Assembly (NCBI GenBank): GCA_036660635.1 | Contig: JAVXAF010000001.1 | Coordinates: 17,857 to 81,856, forward strand | Length of the DNA stretch: 64,000 bases | DNA from: Clostridia bacterium | GTDB lineage: Bacteria > Bacillota > Clostridia > TANB77 > CAG-465 | Direction: 5' to 3' | In this document: piece by piece, positions 1 to 6,537 of the stretch | Layout of the letters: each line of letters starts with the position of its first letter | How positions within the stretch are numbered: position 1 is the stretch's first letter | The notes under the pieces: generated by a model | The model's database searches: none | What the model saw: only the letters and a program-made list of their open reading frames with translations | Told to the model about the DNA's origin: nothing | Made by a program: the position numbers and the translations under genes

Positions 1-965
1 ATCATAAAGATAATGTTTTCTCTTATTTACCATGTATACCTGAGTGGGTAAAGCATCTTAATAATCTTAGTGTTGTTCAAGAAGCAACTTATGGTGCAAC
101 TCTATCAAAGCATATACAGCATTGTTTTAGTGTAGATATACCCTATCATATTTCTTGTAAGCATTCACTTTTTATTCCGGTAATTGCACTAGAGAGAACC
201 TCATTAATTCTTTTAAACTTAAAAAAGTTACAAGATGATGGTAAACTTAACAAAGCTATTCCAATTTATCTAGATGGAAATTTAGCAATAACTTATTTTA
301 ATAAGTTTAAAAAGTATACAAGCGTAGATTTTATACCTGAAAATTTAATTATAGTTAATAAAGATATTAGAAAAGATGTTATCTTAGACAAACGGCAAAA
401 AATTATACTTTCTACATCAGGTATGGCAGATCATGGACCAGCACAAATATATTTAAAAGAGTTTATTGGAAGAAAAGACTTTTCAATATATTTTACTAGC
501 TATACAGCTGAGGGTACTCTTGGTAGAGAATTAATGTACTCTAACATTGATGATGAGGTGAAAATTGACAATATAAAATTCATCAGGAAATGTACTATAT
601 CAGCAACCCAAGAGTTTTCTTCACATGCAAAAGCTGATGAGCTAAAAGATTTTTTAACTCAATTTGAAAATATCTCTTGTCTACTAATAAATCATGGTGA
701 AATTTGGCAAAAGCAAATCTATTCTAAATATATTGCAAATAGCTTAAAAATAAAAAGCATTAAAATATTAGATAGAAGTACTTTTGTTAGAATTGATAGT
801 TATGGGTTTGTAAAATCATTTCCATCAAAATTTATTAGTGTCCAAGAGCAGCAAAAATTATCAGAAAGTATGAAAAAGCATTCTACAGTGCATAAAACAA
901 AAAAAGAAAAATTAAAACAACAAAAAACAAAAAAAAGATTTCCAGTTCATGCTTATAACTACTAA
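1..965 (+). CDS. 3' part (5'-truncated by window edge) of a beta-CASP family metallo-beta-lactamase-fold nuclease (RNase J / CPSF-like, RMMBL C-terminal region)
   Basis: Frame 3 is open from position 3 with no stop and joins the listed ORF at 423..965. Beta-CASP motifs are present: STSGMADHG, YTAEGTLGRELM, SSHAKADEL (motif B) and LINHGE (motif C). Confidence 0.6.
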   Translation, partial: HKDNVFSYLPCIPEWVKHLNNLSVVQEATYGATLSKHIQHCFSVDIPYHISCKHSLFIPVIALERTSLILLNLKKLQDDGKLNKAIPIYLDGNLAITYFNKFKKYTSVDFIPENLIIVNKDIRKDVILDKRQKIILSTSGMADHGPAQIYLKEFIGRKDFSIYFTSYTAEGTLGRELMYSNIDDEVKIDNIKFIRKCTISATQEFSSHAKADELKDFLTQFENISCLLINHGEIWQKQIYSKYIANSLKIKSIKILDRSTFVRIDSYGFVKSFPSKFISVQEQQKLSESMKKHSTVHKTKKEKLKQQKTKKRFPVHAYNY

Positions 966-974
966 CAAACTATC

Positions 975-1020
975 AAAGCCAAGAGTTAATTCTCTTGGCT
1001 TTGATTTATTGTTTTTTGTT
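975..1020 (+). terminator. Rho-independent terminator of the beta-CASP nuclease gene
   Basis: Perfect hairpin aaagccaagag-ttaatt-ctcttggcttt followed by a T-rich run (gatttattgttttttg). Confidence 0.6.
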
Positions 1021-1051
1021 TAATTCATAATTATAGCATCATTTTACTTTA

Positions 1052-2062
1052 TTAAAACGGTGTATTATCTGGTGAAAATCCTTTATCATCTAAATAATAA
1101 AACTCTGTATTTTCATAGTCAAATAAATACATGTTACTTAATAATAATCCCGTTTTTCCATCATTATGTTGTACACCATATGCATCAGTATAACTATTAT
1201 TGAAACACCAAGCAATTTCTCCTTCTTTTATTTTATGATCTGGATCTGCTAATATATTAATATTATCGCCTTGTTTTCCTTTAACTATTCCTATTTCTAT
1301 TTTTTGATTTCTTCCTGAGTTTACAAAATAGTAGAGCGTAGTCAAATCTATAAGAGGAGTTATTACAGTTGGAACAGTTATTCTTTGTCCTTTAAACATA
1401 TCCTTAAATCCACAAATTTTTTCACCTGTATACTGATCAACACGTCCATAAATATCCTCTTCGCCAAATATATAATATTTATTTCCTTTTTGATCAACAA
1501 GATACGGATTATTATGCGGATCCTCTACAATATATTTTTTAAAAGATGCAGAGAAATATAGTTGATCTAGTTTCTCCATATATATTTTTAACTCTGCTTT
1601 AGACATTACATACTCATCAGGCAAAATCAAAGCCAAGTCAAAATCGACAGCATTAGAATATCCATATGCTTCTAGTACATCATTAAATATTTTATATGTT
1701 GTTTCTATATCAAGTTCATTTAGAGCATTTTTTCCATATATATCTTTAGCTATTTTATCTGCTAAGTTAATAAAGTTAAAATTTGAAATCATACCTTCAT
1801 TATTTGTAACTTTTTTTAACGTATTTCCTGTATCTTCTTTAAACCAAGTTGCAATTTTACTTTCTTTTTCAAGTTTCCAGTTTATCTCTAATAATTGTTC
1901 TTGTTCTTTTTCAGTAGCCGTGTTCCATTTTTTTACTGCATCATTTGCCTTTGATATTGGATTATTTTTTAAAAATGTAACTATTACAGCAGTGGCTAAA
2001 ACAATAATAACAATTATCGTTATTACTAAAACTATTAAAGATATTCCTCTTTTGTTTTTCAT
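1052..2062 (-). CDS. Pilin-like surface protein, paralog A (337 aa). N-terminus MKNKRG|ISLIVLVITIIVIIVLATAV is a class-III-signal-like anchor without Glu5.
   Basis: Long ORF. The internal ATG at 2062 is preceded by aaggag with 7-nt spacing, so the listed 28-aa N-terminal extension is rejected. The N-terminus is shared with the pilA-position gene at 19341..19742. It is a near-duplicate of 3900..4925. Confidence 0.7.
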   Translation of the reverse strand: MKNKRGISLIVLVITIIVIIVLATAVIVTFLKNNPISKANDAVKKWNTATEKEQEQLLEINWKLEKESKIATWFKEDTGNTLKKVTNNEGMISNFNFINLADKIAKDIYGKNALNELDIETTYKIFNDVLEAYGYSNAVDFDLALILPDEYVMSKAELKIYMEKLDQLYFSASFKKYIVEDPHNNPYLVDQKGNKYYIFGEEDIYGRVDQYTGEKICGFKDMFKGQRITVPTVITPLIDLTTLYYFVNSGRNQKIEIGIVKGKQGDNINILADPDHKIKEGEIAWCFNNSYTDAYGVQHNDGKTGLLLSNMYLFDYENTEFYYLDDKGFSPDNTPF

Positions 2063-2092
2063 ATATTTTCTCCTTACATATGTTATACAAAC

Positions 2093-2149
2093 TAGTTGCA
2101 TAAGTTTCACTTTATATAGTTTAATATATATATGAAAATTATGCAACTA
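2093..2149. promoter_or_regulatory. 11-bp perfect inverted repeat (tagttgcataa ... 35 nt ... ttatgcaacta) bracketing the predicted promoter of pilin-like paralog A
   Basis: Seen directly. On the minus strand one half-site overlaps a TTGCAT -35-like hexamer and the other lies in the 5' UTR. It is duplicated identically at 4957..5012. Confidence 0.5.
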
Positions 2150-2328
2150 TTTTTTTGTTAAAAATACTATATAGTTTTTAATTATCTTTTTATAGATTTT
2201 TAAATATTGTTAAAATAACTAACCAATCTAATTGTGGGGCAAGTGACAAAGCAATAATTACATTTACAACTATAATGTTAGTATTACTCTTATAAAATAA
2301 CAAGTTACATGTAGCATATTTTATAAAA

Positions 2329-2339
2329 TGTGATATAAT
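2329..2339 (+). promoter_or_regulatory. Extended -10 promoter (TGaTATAAT) for the PHP-domain gene
   Basis: tgtgatataat lies about 55 nt upstream of an RBS (gaaggag) and the ATG at 2393. Confidence 0.45.
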
Positions 2340-2392
2340 ATACATAATTTCAAAAAAATAATTTATATAATTAGTGAAGGAGAATAAAAATA

Positions 2393-3151
2393 ATGAAAAT
2401 CGATTTTCATACACATGGAAAATTATCAAGTAAGTTTCCTTTTGATAGAGAAGAGTTTATGAATAAAATAAATGAAGCCAAGAATGAAGGAATTGATAGT
2501 TTAGCATTAACAGAACATTGTCATGCAATTAATTTTATTGAAATATATAATTTTTTAGCAGATAATTATAAATATATTAATGATTATTATGATGTAGATG
2601 GCTTTAAAGTTTTTACAGGTACAGAAGTAACTACAAATGAGAAACTAGATATTCTCCTTATAGGAAACAGAGAATATATAGTAGAACTAAGTAAGAAAGT
2701 AGAAACTACAAAAGGAAACCAAAAATTTATAGATATAATCGATTTATTTAATATTTTAGATTGTACTAAATTAATAATAATACTTGCTCATCCACTTAGA
2801 AGACATACACTATTTCCTGATATTGATAAAAACATAATAAAAAAAATTGATGCTATAGAATTTAATGCTACAGATTTATATAATAATGGTGTAAGTAATA
2901 TGAAAAATAAAATTGTTGAATTAGGAAAATTATTAAATATTCCAATTACTGGTGGAAGTGATTCACACTACTTTACACAAATTGGTAGTATAAAAAATTG
3001 TTTTAATGTAGAATGTAATACTATTTGTGAGATAAAAGAACAAATTAAAAAGAAAAATTTTATAGTTGAAATATCAGATAATTTGGAGATTAGAGTTAAA
3101 AGTTCAATAATTATAAAAAAACTTATAAAATCATTAGAAATTAATAGTTAA
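2393..3151 (+). CDS. PHP-domain metal-dependent phosphoesterase (histidinol-phosphatase/CpsB-YwqE-like fold)
   Basis: N-terminal IDFHTHGKLS followed by LALTEHCH, with further AHP and GGSDSH motifs typical of PHP domains. Strong RBS gaaggag. Confidence 0.6.
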   Translation: MKIDFHTHGKLSSKFPFDREEFMNKINEAKNEGIDSLALTEHCHAINFIEIYNFLADNYKYINDYYDVDGFKVFTGTEVTTNEKLDILLIGNREYIVELSKKVETTKGNQKFIDIIDLFNILDCTKLIIILAHPLRRHTLFPDIDKNIIKKIDAIEFNATDLYNNGVSNMKNKIVELGKLLNIPITGGSDSHYFTQIGSIKNCFNVECNTICEIKEQIKKKNFIVEISDNLEIRVKSSIIIKKLIKSLEINS

Positions 3152-3225
3152 ATGTAGTATAAGTTACTTAATTTATTACGAAATAAAATTAATATAATTC
3201 GTGTTTTGCCAAAAAACTAAAAAAT

Positions 3226-3313
3226 AAACTAACAAAAAACAAAAGAGATTTATCAGCTCCTGTATATAACTACTACCAAGATATTAAAGCAAAGAGTTGA
3301 TTTTCTTGGCTTT
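3226..3313 (+). pseudogene. Decayed remnant of the 3' end of the beta-CASP gene plus a degenerate copy of its terminator (duplication scar)
   Basis: aacaaaaaacaaaagagatttatcagctcctgtatataactacta ... aaagcaaagagttgattttcttggctttt is about 75% identical to 917..1003. The hairpin arms now mismatch. Confidence 0.45.
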
Positions 3314-3329
3314 TGCTCATTAAAAAAGT

Positions 3330-3362
3330 AAAGCAACTCCAAATTAATGAAGTTGCTTTGAT
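3330..3362 (-). terminator. Terminator for the 135-aa membrane protein gene
   Basis: Hairpin aaagcaactccaaattaatgaagttgcttt, with a T-run following on the minus strand. Confidence 0.5.
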
Positions 3363-3363
3363 T

Positions 3364-3771
3364 TTATTTTTTTCTCTTTTGCTTTTGCTTTTTAATTACT
3401 TTAATATTATTTGTAAAAATAATTAAAAACATTACTGTTGCAATAGAAGATACTATTACAACTATAGCGCTTCCTAACCCTAATAATACCTGAGTGGAAT
3501 CATTAGCATTAGTTATGTATCTTTCAATAGCGTTTCCACTATTAATAAGATCATTTCGCTGTTTTTTAGCTTTTAAGAAAGCTTCTGAAACAGCTTTTTC
3601 GCCTTCTGGAGAATTTGCTACAAGTTCTCTTGTAGTATTAACATTAGCAGAAATGTGCCAAAGTTCATTTGCAGAACTGGCAATTTCCAAAGAAAAAATA
3701 ACGCTCGTAATACTTAAAACAATAAGCATTACATTAATAACCATTTTAATTTTGATTTTTACTGAAGTCAT
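3364..3771 (-). CDS. Hypothetical small membrane protein with N- and C-terminal TM helices (135 aa); present only in copy B of the duplicated module
   Basis: ORF with SD aagga 7 nt upstream of the ATG. Two hydrophobic helices flank a polar middle, and the C-terminus is K/R-rich. Confidence 0.45.
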   Translation of the reverse strand: MTSVKIKIKMVINVMLIVLSITSVIFSLEIASSANELWHISANVNTTRELVANSPEGEKAVSEAFLKAKKQRNDLINSGNAIERYITNANDSTQVLLGLGSAIVVIVSSIATVMFLIIFTNNIKVIKKQKQKRKK

Positions 3772-3847
3772 TATTAAAACATCCTTCTTAATTTATTTTA
3801 TAATAATTATACCACTTTTTCTATGTTATGTCAAGTCAGTTGAAAAA

Positions 3848-3890
3848 TCCTTTTAAAAAAAGAGCTTATAAAAGCTCTTTTTAATTTTTT
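3848..3890 (-). terminator. Hairpin terminator downstream of pilin-like paralog B
   Basis: aaagagcttataaaagctcttt flanked by A/T runs on both strands. Confidence 0.5.
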
Positions 3891-3899
3891 TTTACTTTA

Positions 3900-4925
3900 T
3901 TAAAATGGTGTATTATCTGGTGAAAAGCCTTTGTCATCTAAATAATAAAATTCTGTATTTTCATAGTCAAATAAATACATATTACCTAAAAAGAATCCCT
4001 TTTTCCCCTCATTATGTTCTACGCCATATTCATCAGTATAAATGTCATTAAAACACCAAACAATTTCTCCTTCTTGTATTTTATGCTCTGGATTTGCTAT
4101 TATATTAATATTATCACCTTTTTTTCCTTTAACTATTCCTATTTCTTTTTTTTGATCTCTTGCTGCTTTTACAAAAGCATTGAAAAAAGTCATATCTCCA
4201 AGAGGCTCTATTACAGTTGGCTTAGTTATTCTTTGTCCTTGAAATATATCCTTAAATCCAGAAGTTATTTGACCTGTATACTTATCAACACTTCCATAAA
4301 CATCATTTATACCACATATATAATATTTATTTCCTTTTTGATCAACAAGATAGTCAATAAGTGGATCTGTAGCAATCTCTCGACAAAAGAATACAGAACC
4401 CTCTAGTTGATATTGCCTATCCTCATATTCTTTCAAATCTTTTTCAGGTATAGTATTACCAGGGGTATACTTATTAGGTAACTCCATATCAGCCCACAAC
4501 TCGTCAACATTAGAATATCCATATGCTTCTACTACATTATTAAGTATTTTATATGTTGTTTTTATATCAAGTTCATTTAGAGCTTTTTTTTCATATATAT
4601 CTGTAGCTATTTTAGTTGCTAAGTTAGTAAAGTTAAAATCTGAAATTTTATTATTATTACTATTTATAACTTTTTTTAACGTATCCCCTATAACTGGATC
4701 TTCAAACCAAGTTGCAATTTTACTTTCTTTTTCAAATTTCCAGTTTATTTCTAATAATTGTTCTTGTTCTTTTTCAGTAGCCGTGTTCCATTTTTTTACT
4801 GCCTCATTTGCCTTTGATATTGGATTATTTTTTAAAAATGTAACTATTACAGCAGTGGCTAAAACAATAATAACAATTATCGTTATTACTAAAACTATTA
4901 AAGATATTCCTCTTTTGTTTTTCAT
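3900..4925 (-). CDS. Pilin-like surface protein, paralog B (342 aa)
   Basis: The first ~100 aa and last ~26 aa are identical to paralog A, while the central region is about 60% identical. The upstream ~110 bp promoter/UTR is identical. Confidence 0.7.
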   Translation of the reverse strand: MKNKRGISLIVLVITIIVIIVLATAVIVTFLKNNPISKANEAVKKWNTATEKEQEQLLEINWKFEKESKIATWFEDPVIGDTLKKVINSNNNKISDFNFTNLATKIATDIYEKKALNELDIKTTYKILNNVVEAYGYSNVDELWADMELPNKYTPGNTIPEKDLKEYEDRQYQLEGSVFFCREIATDPLIDYLVDQKGNKYYICGINDVYGSVDKYTGQITSGFKDIFQGQRITKPTVIEPLGDMTFFNAFVKAARDQKKEIGIVKGKKGDNINIIANPEHKIQEGEIVWCFNDIYTDEYGVEHNEGKKGFFLGNMYLFDYENTEFYYLDDKGFSPDNTPF

Positions 4926-4956
4926 ATATTTTCTCCTTACATATGTTATACAAACT

Positions 4957-5012
4957 AGTTGCATAAGTTTCACTTTATATAGTTTAATATATATATGAAA
5001 ATTATGCAACTA
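4957..5012. promoter_or_regulatory. Second copy of the 11-bp inverted repeat bracketing the pilin-like promoter
   Basis: tagttgcataa ... ttatgcaacta, identical to 2093..2149. Confidence 0.5.
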
Positions 5013-5029
5013 TTTTTTTGTTAAAAAAG

Positions 5030-5054
5030 AAAAAACACGTAAATACGTGTTTTA
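5030..5054 (-). terminator. rpmA terminator
   Basis: Hairpin aaaacacgtaaatacgtgtttt followed by a T-run on the minus strand. Confidence 0.6.
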
Positions 5055-5060
5055 AAAATG

Positions 5061-5324
5061 TTATTTTTCTTCTACTGGATAAACGCTAACTTTTTTATCG
5101 CTTTTACCCTTTCTTTCAAATTTTACAATACCATGAACTAAAGAAAATAAAGTATCATCTTTTCCAATACCTACATTAGTGCCTGGATGTATTTTTGTTC
5201 CTCTTTGTCTATATAATATATTTCCTGCTAAAACAAACTGACCATCAGCTCTTTTAGCTCCTAATCTTTTTGATTCACTGTCTCTACCATTTCTAGTAGA
5301 ACCCATACCTTTTTTATGTGCCAC
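5061..5324 (-). CDS. rpmA: 50S ribosomal protein L27 (GTG start, N-terminus MAHKKG with no Prp-cleaved propeptide)
   Basis: [30 protein letters not shown]...FERKGK is canonical L27. SD aaaggagtg lies 7 nt before the GTG, and a TAA stop sits immediately upstream in frame. Confidence 0.95.
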   Translation of the reverse strand: MAHKKGMGSTRNGRDSESKRLGAKRADGQFVLAGNILYRQRGTKIHPGTNVGIGKDDTLFSLVHGIVKFERKGKSDKKVSVYPVEEK

Positions 5325-5369
5325 TTAAATTCACTCCTTTTTAATCAATTTTATTTAGAAAACTTTATC

Positions 5370-5729
5370 TTAAGCTTCTTCTATTTTTTCTGTTTCAACT
5401 TTTTTAGCTTTTGTTGCTGTAGATATTTTTTCAATTTGTATTTTTGTATATGGCTGTCTATGTCCTCTTGTTTTTCTTTCATTTTTTTTAGCTTTGTATT
5501 TATATACAATAACTTTTTTTTCTTTTCCGTGTCCAATTATAGTAGCACTTATTTTAGCACCTTTAATAGTATCTTCACCAATAGTAACTTTTTTACCATC
5601 AGATATGAATAATACTTGATCAAAAGTAATTGTTTTTCCTTCTTGTGCTTCTTCAATTCTGTCTACAAAAACAATGTCTCCTTCTTGTACTTTATACTGT
5701 TTTCCACTAATTTCAACTATTGCGTACAT
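5370..5729 (-). CDS. rplU: 50S ribosomal protein L21
   Basis: MYAIVEISGKQYKVQEGDIV... Confidence 0.9.
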   Translation of the reverse strand: MYAIVEISGKQYKVQEGDIVFVDRIEEAQEGKTITFDQVLFISDGKKVTIGEDTIKGAKISATIIGHGKEKKVIVYKYKAKKNERKTRGHRQPYTKIQIEKISTATKAKKVETEKIEEA

Positions 5730-5836
5730 CTTTTTTCCTCCTTAAATTCTAACTTTTTCTCGCCATTAAGGTAGTAATAATACATTTTAAAACCTGTTTT
5801 GTGCGGAATACATTTCTTATTTTAGCACTTTTACTA

Positions 5837-6367
5837 CTATTTGTCAAGAAACTCTAACAATTTTTGCTCACAATCTGCAAATATGTGTTCTAGTTCATTT
5901 AATTCTGGTTTAGAAAATCTATCCAAAACAAAATCTAATATTTCTTGATTTTCGTGTTTTAGTCCTCCAAGTCCTATTCTTAGTCTTGGAATTTCAGTAG
6001 TCGATAGCATTTGTATAATATTTTTCATACCATTATGTGTACCACCACTCCCATTTTCTCTTATTCTAACTTTTCCAAATTCTATATCAACATCGTCAAA
6101 AACTATAAGTATATCTTTATTTTCAACTTTGTACCATTTTTTTAGTTTTTGTACTGCATTACCACTTAGATTCATATATGTAAGAGGTTTTGCAAATACA
6201 ACTTTTTCTCCATTTATATCAATTTCACATATTAGACTATCATGTTTTTTTCTATCTATTACAAAACCATACTTGCCTTCCATATATTCCAAAAATAGCC
6301 ATCCAGTATTATGTCTTGTTTTTTCGTATTTTTCGCCTGGGTTTCCAAGTCCAACTACTATTTTCAT
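5837..6367 (-). CDS. pth: Peptidyl-tRNA hydrolase
   Basis: MKIVVGLGNPGEKYEKTRHNTGW. The second ATG is chosen as the start because it is preceded by ggaagaagg. Confidence 0.9.
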   Translation of the reverse strand: MKIVVGLGNPGEKYEKTRHNTGWLFLEYMEGKYGFVIDRKKHDSLICEIDINGEKVVFAKPLTYMNLSGNAVQKLKKWYKVENKDILIVFDDVDIEFGKVRIRENGSGGTHNGMKNIIQMLSTTEIPRLRIGLGGLKHENQEILDFVLDRFSKPELNELEHIFADCEQKLLEFLDK

Positions 6368-6537
6368 TTTTTTACCTTCTTCCATTAATAGTGTATATTT
6401 ATTTTATCAGCTTTTTATATTACTACTTTGCTAAAAAAGCTTGAATTTTTCTTTTAATTATAGTATCATTATATATGAAAATTGGTAATATGTCAAACGA
6501 AAAACGTTTGTTATTTACTTGAAAGCGGTGATATTTT

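Larger units (their letters stand above)
915..2160. repeat. Duplicated module, copy A (beta-CASP 3' end + terminator + pilin-like gene + promoter)
   Basis: Homologous to 3225..5030. The two copies are identical at the promoter and gene termini, divergent in the gene core, and copy A lacks the 135-aa gene. Confidence 0.7.
3225..5030. repeat. Duplicated module, copy B (includes the extra 135-aa membrane protein gene)
   Basis: See copy A. Confidence 0.7.

Noticed and set aside
1920-2135. Plus-strand 71-aa ORFs at 1920..2135 and 4783..4998, identical to each other
   Set aside because: They are antisense to the 5' end of the pilin-like genes. They are identical only because the underlying DNA is duplicated. 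They have a low-complexity hydrophobic composition and no RBS.
2063-2146. 28-aa N-terminal extension (MHNFHIYIKLYKVKLMQLVCITYVRRKY) on both pilin-like ORFs as listed in the ORF track
   Set aside because: The extension runs through the AT-rich promoter region with no SD. The internal ATG (MKNKRG...) is preceded by aaggag at the correct spacing, so the extension is an ORF-calling artifact.
2190-2429. Minus-strand 79-aa ORF overlapping the PHP gene promoter and start
   Set aside because: AT-rich low-complexity translation with no SD, overlapping a well-supported promoter and start codon on the other strand.
3494-4406. Plus-strand ORFs at 3494..3856 and 4014..4406
   Set aside because: Both are antisense shadows of the well-supported minus-strand genes at 3364..3771 and 3900..4925.
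5325-5369. A prp (ribosomal-processing cysteine protease) gene between rplU and rpmA
   Set aside because: The gap is only 45 bp and L27 has no propeptide, so the gene is genuinely absent here.
5316-5612. Plus-strand 98-aa ORF over rplU
   Set aside because: It is an antisense shadow ORF of the L21 gene with an F/S/N-rich low-complexity translation.
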